64,000 nt of DNA from an uncultured Candidatus Saccharibacteria bacterium. GTDB lineage: Bacteria; Patescibacteriota; Dojkabacteria; J137. The notes beneath the pieces are model-generated. The model ran no database searches. It saw nothing but the letters and a program-made list of their open reading frames with translations, and was not told the origin of the DNA. Location of the stretch: positions 573,009 to 637,008 of the forward strand of contig OZ246402.1 of the NCBI GenBank assembly GCA_965230975.1. Reading direction: 5' to 3'. Shown here one piece after another: positions 50,007-59,662 of the stretch. The translations under genes were made by a program, and so were the position numbers. The stretch's first letter is position 1; the number at the start of each line of letters is the position of its first letter.

Positions 50007-51266
50007 TTAAATTCCTTCGCGTTTCCATACTTGCCAAACAACCTCTTCTTTTTTTAAGTACATTCGTAGACTCTTAAATAATGCCATGTATTCAATCCAG
50101 TCAAGAAAGTAAAATAGAGGCCATGTAAATGGAAACATTAATATAATTCCAATCCTAGGCTTTTCGTTGCTAAACAAGGCTGTAATTACGTAAGATAAAA
50201 ATATAAATAGAATACCAATGCTTATAGATACAAATTCAAGTGTAATTAAGCTGTAAATTAACAATACAGCTATAGCTATTGGCTCAAAAATAAGTTGTAT
50301 TTCTGTAAATAATGAAAATGGTAGTACAAAATAAGATAAAAAGAAATTGTGTGAATCTTCTGTAGAAAAAAACATTGATTTATACTTTTTAAATGTATCT
50401 AATCTTCCTTTTTTCCATCTAATTCTTTGAGAAATTAATCCTTTTACAGTAGAAGCACCTTCTGTATAGCAAACTACATTTTCTGCATAAGTACATTTGT
50501 ATCCAAAGTATCTAAGTCTCATAGACATTTCTATATCTTCGGTTTTGTTTACAGTATCAAAAAGCCCAATTTTATCAAAAACTTCTCTTCTAAAAGATGC
50601 GCAAGCACCTCCAAAAATATATTCAGCACCAAGTACTGCGTGTGTTCTCTTGTTGTAAAATCCAAAGTAGTATTCTAAGTATTGTGCTAGCCCCAACAAG
50701 GTTTTTGTATTGGTTACTTGTACATTCCCAACAACTCCAAATATTGTTTCATCTCTGTAATATTTCACTAAATTACTTATAGAACCATTTTTAAGTTTTG
50801 AATCCGCATCTATAGTTAAAACTATCTCTCCTTTAGCAAGTTGAATTCCAGTATTTAAAGCAACTCCCTTTCCACCATTTGTCTGATATTTGTAGGTGAT
50901 TTTTTCACCTAGCTCTTTATCTTTATTTTTTAAATCAGAGATGTATTTTTTCATTATTTTATCTGAGTTGTCTGTAGATCCATCGTTAACAACTATTATT
51001 TGTACATTCGAATATCCGTTATATAAGGCTGATTCAACTGTTTTTAAAATTCCAACTTCTTCATTCCAAGCAGGTATTACTACTGACACTAAATAAGGTT
51101 CTGGGTTTTCTAATGAACCATTTTTTTTATATTGCTTTATTAATCTTAATTTTTCTTTAATTGTGTACCACGGAGCTATTACTAAAAAGAGATAATTTTT
51201 AAGTAATACTAGGCTTACAAATAATGCTATTAATGATGTGAATATTATATAGATTGTATTTTCCAT
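50007..51266 (-). CDS. family 2 glycosyltransferase, processive polysaccharide synthase type (PgaC/IcaA-like)
   Basis: N-terminal TMs. Cytoplasmic GT-A domain with VVIPAWNEE, VVNDGSTD, DAD and QRIRW motifs. C-terminal TM cluster. Confidence 0.8.
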   Translation of the reverse strand: MENTIYIIFTSLIALFVSLVLLKNYLFLVIAPWYTIKEKLRLIKQYKKNGSLENPEPYLVSVVIPAWNEEVGILKTVESALYNGYSNVQIIVVNDGSTDNSDKIMKKYISDLKNKDKELGEKITYKYQTNGGKGVALNTGIQLAKGEIVLTIDADSKLKNGSISNLVKYYRDETIFGVVGNVQVTNTKTLLGLAQYLEYYFGFYNKRTHAVLGAEYIFGGACASFRREVFDKIGLFDTVNKTEDIEMSMRLRYFGYKCTYAENVVCYTEGASTVKGLISQRIRWKKGRLDTFKKYKSMFFSTEDSHNFFLSYFVLPFSLFTEIQLIFEPIAIAVLLIYSLITLEFVSISIGILFIFLSYVITALFSNEKPRIGIILMFPFTWPLFYFLDWIEYMALFKSLRMYLKKEEVVWQVWKREGI

Positions 51267-51270
51267 TTAT

Positions 51271-51879
51271 TTATCTGTAACTGACTAAAGAGTAACCGTA
51301 ATATATTGAATTATTAGTGTCTTCTATTAATAAAATAATTTGTCTTTTATCTGATTTACTTGCTACAAAGATATCGTTGTAGTTCAGAATTTTGATTGAT
51401 TCAACTGAGTAACTAATAGATTGCCCTTTCTTTGTAGATATATTTACAGTGTTTCCGATTTCAATGTTGCTGGTGTAGGGGATTGTTCTCCAAGATTTTT
51501 TTAAGTAAATTAAGTAGTCGACTGGATTGTTAAATTTATCGTAATTTAATTCAATGTATTGAGCCATACTAGGTCTTTGGTACCAAATATCATTTATATT
51601 TCTTGCTTCTTCAACAATCGATTTAATACCAAGTTCTTCTATTTCTATTAAATCTATTATTCCAATGTCTAAATTAATATCAATATCTTTATTACCTTGT
51701 TTAATTTTATATTCTGATACTATTTTATTTATTGGTTCTTGTATCTCCATTTGGTTCAAGGACATTCCAAGTGGTATGTCTTGGTTTGCTAGTACTTCAA
51801 ATGCATTTGCAAATATGAAAAGTGTAAATGTAAAAGATGCCAGGCCGAATATGAGCTTTTGAGGCTGTAAAAATTTCAT
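51271..51879 (-). CDS. secreted hypothetical protein
   Basis: Signal peptide. Stop is 4 nt before the GT2 start. Confidence 0.45.
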   Translation of the reverse strand: MKFLQPQKLIFGLASFTFTLFIFANAFEVLANQDIPLGMSLNQMEIQEPINKIVSEYKIKQGNKDIDINLDIGIIDLIEIEELGIKSIVEEARNINDIWYQRPSMAQYIELNYDKFNNPVDYLIYLKKSWRTIPYTSNIEIGNTVNISTKKGQSISYSVESIKILNYNDIFVASKSDKRQIILLIEDTNNSIYYGYSLVSYR

Positions 51880-52158
51880 GATATTTTTTTGAATCTTATG
51901 TATAGACTTAAAATTATGTTTAGTATTAGTGTTATTAAGTTTATTAGTACTACTGTTGAGGCAATAAAAATTAACCCAAAAATAATAAAGTTTTCAAACA
52001 ATATGTATTGAATCATATATGTTAGTATGATTTTTAACTTTGATAATTAAAAAAGGCTTGGTTAATTAGTTAGTTTTATTAACTAATTAGGTTTCGGTGT
52101 ATGATAATCTTATTACTTACTAAAGTCGGCAATTTTTAGTAAATAAAGTGTAAAGAAA

Positions 52159-52575
52159 TTATTTCTTTTTGTAGTTTAAATATACCTGTACCATTAGTGC
52201 TACAAGTATAAAGTTTTTTAGAATATATTGTGCTTCTAGTGTTGGCAGTAAGAATCCTGTCCACGCAATATTTGGTAAGAATATTAACGGCAGGAATGTT
52301 GTTGCCATGTGGGCTATTGATAAGACAAATGTGATTTTTGTGATTGGTTTGTATAGGTAAAGTAAACCAATTATTACTTCAGTTAATCCTAAAAATATTA
52401 CAAAGGAGTTTGAGTCTAGAAAGGGTAGGGTTGCCTTTTGAAGATCAATAACTAAGGGTGAGGCTGGGCTTTGTCCGGTTACTTTTATTATTCCAAACCA
52501 AAAGTATGCTAAGAATATTGATAGTCTAGAAAATGTATCTATGTATTTACTAAATATTGGGTCTAGCTTTTGCAT
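52159..52575 (-). CDS. DoxX-like small integral membrane protein
   Basis: Four TMs, 138 aa. Confidence 0.4.
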   Translation of the reverse strand: MQKLDPIFSKYIDTFSRLSIFLAYFWFGIIKVTGQSPASPLVIDLQKATLPFLDSNSFVIFLGLTEVIIGLLYLYKPITKITFVLSIAHMATTFLPLIFLPNIAWTGFLLPTLEAQYILKNFILVALMVQVYLNYKKK

Positions 52576-52700
52576 TAAATGTAACTTTTAATAAGTATTG
52601 TATTATTTAACAATTTCTTGGGTTAAAGATCAATAGTTTGTATTTTAGTAAGTTTGAAAGTTTGTGGGATACTGGTATAAGTTATTAGTTATCAAATTTT

Positions 52701-52889
52701 ATGGAAGGTTTTAATTGGGGAGTTTTTGACTTTATTATTGGGTTTTCTTTGATTTTTGTTACAGCTTTAGTTTTTTATTTTGTTTCTAAAAAACTAAAAA
52801 TACTAAAACATAAGGTTGTTTTAGGTATAGGTTTATTAGCCATATTATTAGTGGTTTGGGTGGAATTAGCTGTAGGGATTTTTAACTGA
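52701..52889 (+). CDS. small two-TM membrane protein
   Basis: 62 aa with two hydrophobic helices. Confidence 0.35.
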   Translation: MEGFNWGVFDFIIGFSLIFVTALVFYFVSKKLKILKHKVVLGIGLLAILLVVWVELAVGIFN

Positions 52890-52980
52890 TTAAATATTTG
52901 CGGGATTGGATATATATCCTATTGCACATGTCAGTGCATCTATAAATTCATCAATTTGGGTTAGCGTATTTTTAGATTAT

Positions 52981-53727
52981 TTATGCAAGTTTTAAGACCT
53001 TTTTAAGAACCTTGTTATCTGTATTATATTCAACTATTTCAAAACGCCTAAAGTTTAATAGTTTTTCTCTAGAGAATTTAAGTTCAATTTTATAACCATA
53101 TATATTTAATGCTACTTGCCTAAAGTTTTGATCGTATACATTAAAACTTTGTTTTTGGGTTGTTATTTTGTCCCAAAGCTTACTTGTAATTGAGTTTGAT
53201 TTTATTTTAATTATTGAGTCTTGATAAATCTGATCATCTTCTTGGTAGCCCATTTCTGCGTAGAAGAGTTTTAGTTGATTCGCAACAATTTCTTGTAATC
53301 TGAAGATTTTAAATATTGGATTGCTAGCCTGATCTACAATTAAGTTAATTACTGATTGATCAATATATTTATCCCAATCTACTGGAATTAGTTTTTTGAA
53401 ACCATTAGATACAGCAATTAGTCTTTTTCTATCATCAAGTAAGTAGAGTAATCTATTATTAGAGTTTAATAGATCTTGTATTGAATTTTTTGCTAGATTT
53501 ATTTCTTCTTTAGAAGCTGGGTTTTGAGTTTTGCCAATTAGGTAATCGATTTCTTCTTCGTTAAGTTTAAAAACCTCTGCAATTTTTAATACACTTTCTT
53601 TAGTAGGATTTATAATATTATTTTCTATTCTGCTTATAACACCTGCTGATAATCCTGTGAGTACCTCGGCTTCAAGTTGGCTTAAGCCACATCTGTTTCT
53701 AAAGTATTTTAGTCTGGTTCCTAGCAT
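52981..53727 (-). CDS. XRE-family HTH regulator with a C-terminal domain of unknown function
   Basis: N-terminus LKYFRNRCGLSQLEAEVLTGLSAGVISRIENN. Confidence 0.65.
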   Translation of the reverse strand: MLGTRLKYFRNRCGLSQLEAEVLTGLSAGVISRIENNIINPTKESVLKIAEVFKLNEEEIDYLIGKTQNPASKEEINLAKNSIQDLLNSNNRLLYLLDDRKRLIAVSNGFKKLIPVDWDKYIDQSVINLIVDQASNPIFKIFRLQEIVANQLKLFYAEMGYQEDDQIYQDSIIKIKSNSITSKLWDKITTQKQSFNVYDQNFRQVALNIYGYKIELKFSREKLLNFRRFEIVEYNTDNKVLKKVLKLA

Positions 53728-53871
53728 AATGTTTTAGTTTTGAAGTAGGATTTAATTACAATATGAATTTTAGCATGAGTTACAATAAGATCTTTACAAT
53801 GTAGCCATATCAAATCAAATCACACTAGTGTGATATAATGCGTATATACTATTTTATGTAGTTAATTCACA

Positions 53872-54972
53872 ATGTCAATTAATACTGATTTAGAACAAAG
53901 TAATTCGGTTAGACTAATAAGTAGCCAAATTAAAGAGCGTTCTTCAAATGTGGTTTTATACTCTGATTCAGATTTTAAATCTGCCCACAGTATTTATTGC
54001 CCTATAGGATTTGAGTCTGTTGCTGACTATTATGTTGCTCCTTACATGCGTAAGTTTGCAGACATTATCTTTGGTGTCGCACAAAATCCTTCTTATGGAT
54101 ATTCCCCTGAAAAGAATGAAATACATATTTACTTTTCAGAAATGGATTTATATAAAGGAATTTTAGCTTTGTTAGCTAATAATACTCGAGCATTAGAGGG
54201 TATTCTTAAAGCTCTAGAAATAGATCATACTCAAATTGAAGATACTATTTTAAGATACGTAAGGCTTCTCAATAGAATTACCTTTGATAATAAATATAAT
54301 TTGGATAATCAAGATAAACTTTTACTTGAAAGGATGGGTGCTTTTTTTAGTGGCCATCCGGATTTTATAGAATTGATTTTTGGTAATTCTGTAAATTACT
54401 CTGTTTATCATGAGGTAAATCACGCCAGGTTAGATGATTTGTATTTAAATGTAGCATATATTCCAAGATATAATTCTAGTTCTGCAAGAAATGCGATGCA
54501 AGTCAGTTATATAGGGTTTATGGATAAGTTTAATGAAATTGAGACTTATTTAATTGAAAATAATAACTTAACAGATTCCTATATTACTATTCTTCAACTA
54601 ACTAATCATGGTATGTTTAAGATTTTGTTAAGGGATATCTATTCTTATCCAGATAAGATAGATGCATTGTATACAAGTTATCTGGGTTCTTTACAGGAGC
54701 TGTTTAATTTTATGCAATTCGCAATTCTAAAAAAAGATTTAGCTAAAGATGAATTACAAAAGCAATTGATTAGATATTTTTGTGCATATATTGCAGATGT
54801 AATGTTTTTATTCCCTGATAATGCTATTGTTAGAAGATACTTGGATTTGGCAAATTCTTTAGATGCAAATCAAATAAATTTGTTTTTGAAAGAGTTAGTC
54901 GCCCTAATGAATAAGGAGTCGTTTGATAAGTTTGTAGATACTCATTTTAGATGGCTACAAAAAGAGGATTAA
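53872..54972 (+). CDS. hypothetical protein (366 aa)
   Basis: ORF only. Confidence 0.5.
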   Translation: MSINTDLEQSNSVRLISSQIKERSSNVVLYSDSDFKSAHSIYCPIGFESVADYYVAPYMRKFADIIFGVAQNPSYGYSPEKNEIHIYFSEMDLYKGILALLANNTRALEGILKALEIDHTQIEDTILRYVRLLNRITFDNKYNLDNQDKLLLERMGAFFSGHPDFIELIFGNSVNYSVYHEVNHARLDDLYLNVAYIPRYNSSSARNAMQVSYIGFMDKFNEIETYLIENNNLTDSYITILQLTNHGMFKILLRDIYSYPDKIDALYTSYLGSLQELFNFMQFAILKKDLAKDELQKQLIRYFCAYIADVMFLFPDNAIVRRYLDLANSLDANQINLFLKELVALMNKESFDKFVDTHFRWLQKED

Positions 54973-55457
54973 TTTTCGCTATACTGATCAAGTTCCTCCT
55001 GTGTTATAGAAAACATTTGTCTTATCATATCTAGTTGAGATCTTAATACCATAAAATTTATACTGTTAGATTCCATTTCTTCAGCACTTAATATTAAAGG
55101 CATTTCTGGGTTATGTTCTTCGTAATCTGTTCTAATTTCTCCGATATGTGGTATCTTACCTATTTGTTCTATGGTTTTTAAAATTCCACCTGCTAGCCAT
55201 TGTGAGCAGTTTAACGGGCTATTTACATATTCTTCGAGGCTTAAACCTGACCTGATATTTGGATATATTCCAAGTTCTTTAAGATGGTTTAAGACTAGGT
55301 ATATTTTGTTTAGAAGTATTTCTTTATCCATTGGTCTTAAAGGTAGTGTTGGGTCCTCACTATAACTAGTAATGTATGCCATTACTTCTACACATAAATC
55401 TCTTAGCTCTTTACTTTTGTGGTCGCTATTAAAGAAATATTTATCAGGTTTGAACAT
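54969..55457 (-). CDS. hypothetical protein
   Basis: ORF only; convergent 4-nt overlap with the previous gene. Confidence 0.45.
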   Translation of the reverse strand: MFKPDKYFFNSDHKSKELRDLCVEVMAYITSYSEDPTLPLRPMDKEILLNKIYLVLNHLKELGIYPNIRSGLSLEEYVNSPLNCSQWLAGGILKTIEQIGKIPHIGEIRTDYEEHNPEMPLILSAEEMESNSINFMVLRSQLDMIRQMFSITQEELDQYSEN

Positions 55458-55537
55458 GAATTTATTCTCAAAAAATATTGTGTGGATTATATACTATTTT
55501 TCTGAAGTTTAAAGAATTGTACATTTAATTGGCAGAT

Positions 55538-55583
55538 CTCGTAACATTCGACTACATTTCATTTGTCTCATTAACTACGGAGA
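55538..55583. repeat. 48-bp direct repeat, copy A (copy B at 57210-57258)
   Basis: ctcgtaacattcgactacatttcatttgtctcattaactacggag is nearly identical to 57210-57258, with one internal mismatch (t/a). Confidence 0.7.
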
Positions 55584-55709
55584 GCTTCGGATGTTTTTCC
55601 AATTTGACCCGTGGCAAGAAATATTATTGATTGACCAATAGATATTAATTCTACACTCTATAGATTTATTAATAGTGTGTTATGATCTATCATATTTCAT
55701 TCTCAAAGT

Positions 55710-56783
55710 ATGAAACAAATGGTTCATTTAAATGAAAACATGCGTTCTAGTAGAGGCATTGTTAGAATGTTTAATCAAATACCCACACAGGAATTATTAG
55801 AAGCTCTCTCGAAATATCCTGATTTAATACCACCTGGTGCAGAGATTGTAGCAACCAATTTTGGACAGATAAATTTGGTCTACATTGTTAGAGTTCCAGG
55901 TATAAAGATCCCTAAACGAGTAATTATTATACCCAGGCCAGATAAAGAGACAAATCAGGTTGAGCAAGACACAATGGAAGATTTTTACGGTTTAAAAGAA
56001 GTGTATGAATCTTTTGTGGCATTTAAATCTGAAGGTAAGATTCAAGCTACAGCTACCATACCTATACCTAGACCTTTAGGACTTATTTGCTCTCAATTTT
56101 TAACTGTAATGGTTAATGAATTCGCGGGCAGTCAAGAAGGTTATTTTGGTTCTGAAGAAACCTTTCCTGCTTTTGTTTCGGGAGGAACAGGTGGTAATAC
56201 ATATTTAGGTTTATCCTGGATAGTGAACCCAAGTTTCACTAATGAGACAGACTTATTAAGACGTCAGACTACAAGTATTGCTAATAGGTTGACTCATCAT
56301 CTGGGTAACAATGGAATTGATAGTGAATATAGTAGTATCTCTCATGCGATAGCTATCTCTCATATTGAAGCTCTAGTCAAAGTTTGGTTACTTACAGGAA
56401 AATATCCTCTAAAATACTGTCCTTCTGCTGGAGATGGTGTTATGTTAAATAAAGATTATGATTCAAAAAGTCATCCTGACATAGCTAATGTGGATATTAA
56501 TTTAATTACATTAAGAGGCGGACTATCTCGGGTAGTAGATTCGCAAGCTTTTATTCAATTCTTAAGAGGACTAAAGGATAAGCCAATCGTTTATTGCGAT
56601 TTTAAAGGTTCGGATTTAGTCATAGTTCAACCTAATAATGCTAAATTATATGAATACTGGGGAGGAGAGGAAGTTAGTGTTTTTAGTGATAAACAAATTA
56701 GAGAAGGTATTGAAAGGGCATTTATGAATTACTTTGGAAACGATTCTTTGCATTATCTGCAAAGAATTTTGGCTGAAGTATAA
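55710..56783 (+). CDS. hypothetical protein (357 aa), possibly kinase-like fold
   Basis: Gly-rich segment and HPDIANVD segment weakly reminiscent of the APH/protein-kinase-like fold. Not a confident call. Confidence 0.45.
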   Translation: MKQMVHLNENMRSSRGIVRMFNQIPTQELLEALSKYPDLIPPGAEIVATNFGQINLVYIVRVPGIKIPKRVIIIPRPDKETNQVEQDTMEDFYGLKEVYESFVAFKSEGKIQATATIPIPRPLGLICSQFLTVMVNEFAGSQEGYFGSEETFPAFVSGGTGGNTYLGLSWIVNPSFTNETDLLRRQTTSIANRLTHHLGNNGIDSEYSSISHAIAISHIEALVKVWLLTGKYPLKYCPSAGDGVMLNKDYDSKSHPDIANVDINLITLRGGLSRVVDSQAFIQFLRGLKDKPIVYCDFKGSDLVIVQPNNAKLYEYWGGEEVSVFSDKQIREGIERAFMNYFGNDSLHYLQRILAEV

Positions 56784-56808
56784 AAAGCTCTATCAGTTTT
56801 TAATTTTA

Positions 56809-57108
56809 TTAAGCTTCTCTGTCGATTTCTTTATTTCCTAGTTCAGATTCTTGAATGTTTTTAATATCAACAGTTCTTCTAGCTAAGTACAGAGAACCAA
56901 CGCTATGTTGAAGCATTTTAATTAAACCATCAGGAGTATGGCTGCTATCGATTTCACCCTGCCCGTTAATTCCTACATAAATATTCCCATCAGTTTGAAC
57001 AAAATATACTGTATTCTTCTCTATAGCTAGTTTTTTAGCATTCGCAAGTCTTTCTTCATATGTTTCAGGAACAGTTTGATCTATTAAATCCTCAATGTGG
57101 TAGTTCAT
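56809..57108 (-). CDS. hypothetical small protein
   Basis: ORF only. Confidence 0.4.
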   Translation of the reverse strand: MNYHIEDLIDQTVPETYEERLANAKKLAIEKNTVYFVQTDGNIYVGINGQGEIDSSHTPDGLIKMLQHSVGSLYLARRTVDIKNIQESELGNKEIDREA

Positions 57109-57209
57109 TTATATAGGTTTAAAATTTAATAACTGATTATAACGTTGACAAATTATGTGGTCAATATTAGTTTCGAATTTAAGAACGGAGGAGACCAAGT
57201 AGGTCGCTC

Positions 57210-57258
57210 CTCGTAACATTCGACTACATATCATTTGTCTCATTAACTACGGAGGAGA
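57210..57258. repeat. 48-bp direct repeat, copy B
   Basis: See copy A. Flanked by inverted cggaggagac motifs at 57186-57195 and 57249-57259. Confidence 0.7.
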
Positions 57259-57500
57259 CAGGATTCACCCATCCGGGCATCTCAATTTTCTAGAATTCGC
57301 CAAATAGTTTTAAGTAGCTCATTAAGAAAATTAGAGACGAACCTTGTTCTCATCCTGGTTTTCTTTCTTTGCTCAAATTTGCCACAATATACAATTGTGT
57401 CAAACCTGAGAACGGGACACACGGGTCTGGAACCGTAGTCACCACTAAGATTATATCCAAAAATGAGACATTTGAGACATATAAAAAAGGAGTATCAAAT

Positions 57501-58211
57501 TTATGATTCTGGAGTATCGCCAACCAGTAATCTTAATTGGGAGATAATTTGGTCCAATTCCCCATCTTTATTAGAAATATAATTAGAAAATAAATGTCTT
57601 TTTGCAAGAATAGCTCGTGCATTTCTAATTCGACCCTGAAATTCAACCTCACTTTCTCCTCGATCTCTTAGTGAAAGTCTACTTGAAATTACCTCTAAAG
57701 CTTTTTCTACTCCATTCTCACCTTCAATTTCTTCAGTAGTAATAGGACTTATAAAGCAATCATAAATTGGAATATTAAGTCTCTTGAAGATATCTTTCAA
57801 AAGTAGAGCTCCATCAACGTCAATATCTAAGATTAAACGGTTTCCATTGTTCAAAGCCACTAGTATATCATCTAAGCTTGTTCCATAGTATCCTTGCCCA
57901 TATTTACTCCATTCTAATAGCTTATTTTTATTTACTTGGTCTAGGAAGTCACTTTCATCTAAGGAATGATAATTAGATTCATTAGGATTCATACTTTTAG
58001 TCGTCGTTCTATTAACTTTAGTATATCCTCGATTGCTTGCCATAAGTTTTTCAATTATAGAACTTTTACCAACTCCATTAGGGCCAGTAATCAAAATAAC
58101 TTGAAAGTTATGTTCACCTAGGCGTTCAGATAAAGTTAGAAAATTAATCTTATCTACAGTTTGGTTCTGTCCCCATTTATAATTTCTATCTAAGTCCATA
58201 ATTATCATCAA
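57501..58211 (-). CDS. guanylate kinase-like P-loop NMP kinase (divergent)
   Basis: Walker A ITGPNGVGKSS; TTTKSMNPNESNYHSLDESDF...LLEWSKYGQGYYGTS aligns with the guanylate kinase TTRxPRxGE..Y.FvsxxxF...fLEwaevhgnyYGT. Confidence 0.55.
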   Translation of the reverse strand: MMIIMDLDRNYKWGQNQTVDKINFLTLSERLGEHNFQVILITGPNGVGKSSIIEKLMASNRGYTKVNRTTTKSMNPNESNYHSLDESDFLDQVNKNKLLEWSKYGQGYYGTSLDDILVALNNGNRLILDIDVDGALLLKDIFKRLNIPIYDCFISPITTEEIEGENGVEKALEVISSRLSLRDRGESEVEFQGRIRNARAILAKRHLFSNYISNKDGELDQIISQLRLLVGDTPES

Positions 58212-59115
58212 TTAAATGTAATCTGCGTTCAATTTCTTCTATATCAATAGGAAACTCTATCATCCCTTCGTGCTCAACACTTATACTCGAGAGAGCATTT
58301 GCAAATTCAATAGATTCTTTTAATGCTGCAGATTGATTTAATTTAAATATAAAACCTGCTCTCCAAACATCTCCTGCTCCAGTTGGATCTATAGAATTTG
58401 TACGATAGGTTGGAAAGATTTGTTCTAATTCAGCAGTAACTAATTTGACTCCGCCTGCTCCCAAGGTTTCAATTACTACTTTTTTATTGTCAGTTAATTC
58501 TTTGGGAGACATCTTCAATCTTGACTGAATTCTTTCCCATTCGGCATGATTAGCAATTACAATACTAGAATTAGTTATACCACTTAATAATTCCTCGTCA
58601 GATAAATTATGTAATATCATTCCTGGATCATACATATAAGTACATTTTGATTCGATTAATATTCTTTGAACTGTGAGAAATAAACTTTTATCAATAGGTG
58701 AGAGTATTGTAAAGTCAGTTGATAAGAAAGGTGGAAGTAATTCCGGATCAATTAGTCTAGATAGTCTATCCTCAAATCTTAACCAGTCTTGGTGACCATC
58801 AGAGTATGTATTTACTTCTCCTTCTGAAGTAGAAGATCTTTCAAATACAAATAAATTTGCAACATCAACACCTACTTCAGCTAAAGTATTTCTCAGAACT
58901 TCTCCATTAGATCCTATCGCGCCAATTAAACTTATTTTATTTTCTGATAGGCGAGCTAAAGTATGAGCTATTGTGAATCCAGTGCCTCCTAGAAAAATTT
59001 CTGAAGATATATTTCTGTCTAAATAGTTATTTTTTACAAATCCAACTGAACCAATAATATTTATATGTGCCATACTATTTTTTATCACCAAATATCCTTC
59101 TGAATTCTTTATCAA
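58186..59115 (-). CDS. PfkB-family carbohydrate/nucleoside kinase
   Basis: C-terminal DPTGAGDVWRAGFIF (DTxGAGD motif) and N-terminal GG motif. The Met 14 codons downstream (start at 59073) would remove the overlap. Confidence 0.7.
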   Translation of the reverse strand: MIKNSEGYLVIKNSMAHINIIGSVGFVKNNYLDRNISSEIFLGGTGFTIAHTLARLSENKISLIGAIGSNGEVLRNTLAEVGVDVANLFVFERSSTSEGEVNTYSDGHQDWLRFEDRLSRLIDPELLPPFLSTDFTILSPIDKSLFLTVQRILIESKCTYMYDPGMILHNLSDEELLSGITNSSIVIANHAEWERIQSRLKMSPKELTDNKKVVIETLGAGGVKLVTAELEQIFPTYRTNSIDPTGAGDVWRAGFIFKLNQSAALKESIEFANALSSISVEHEGMIEFPIDIEEIERRLHLIDDNYGLR

Positions 59116-59662
59116 CTAACTTTCTTATTAATTCGGCTTTGCTAACTTCAAGATTTGTAGAGAGTTGTTCCATTTGTTTAAGTGTATTTGTTTTTAAAAC
59201 TACATTAAATCTTCTCTTTGGGGGATCAAGTTCGTCGATGTATTCAATAATCACATCTTCTAATTTATCTAAGTCCTTATATCTTCTAACGGTAACGAAG
59301 TCTTCTCCATACGAAAGAAGTGTTTCTGGAAATTCATTATATTTATCCTCATGAACAAGACAAAGTACAGGAATTTTATTTTCTAATGCTAATATTGTCT
59401 GAAAGAATACAGTTCTTGATTTATCAGTGAAGTATGCAACAGCAAAATCAATAGATCTAATTTGTTTTTGCGTCCCATCTACAATCGAATCTGTTTTATT
59501 CCTAACAGTTTTCTTGATAGCTGGTGGATATTCGTCAACAAATGCTGGATTATACATAGATACTCCTTGTGCACGAATTATATTTGCTATTTTTCTATAT
59601 ATTTCTATATTCAGATCTATATTTTTTATTGAAGCAAATAATCCAAATCTTTTAGCTTTCAT
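59075..59662 (-). CDS. hypothetical protein, possibly nucleoside 2-deoxyribosyltransferase-like Rossmann fold with an RHH-like C-terminal tail
   Basis: Weak pattern similarity only. Confidence 0.35.
   Translation of the reverse strand: MKAKRFGLFASIKNIDLNIEIYRKIANIIRAQGVSMYNPAFVDEYPPAIKKTVRNKTDSIVDGTQKQIRSIDFAVAYFTDKSRTVFFQTILALENKIPVLCLVHEDKYNEFPETLLSYGEDFVTVRRYKDLDKLEDVIIEYIDELDPPKRRFNVVLKTNTLKQMEQLSTNLEVSKAELIRKLVDKEFRRIFGDKK

Noticed and set aside
52061-52095. Hairpin aattagtta-N7-taactaatt as a terminator
   Set aside because: The T-tract is displaced about 8 nt from the stem on the relevant strand, so the support is weak.
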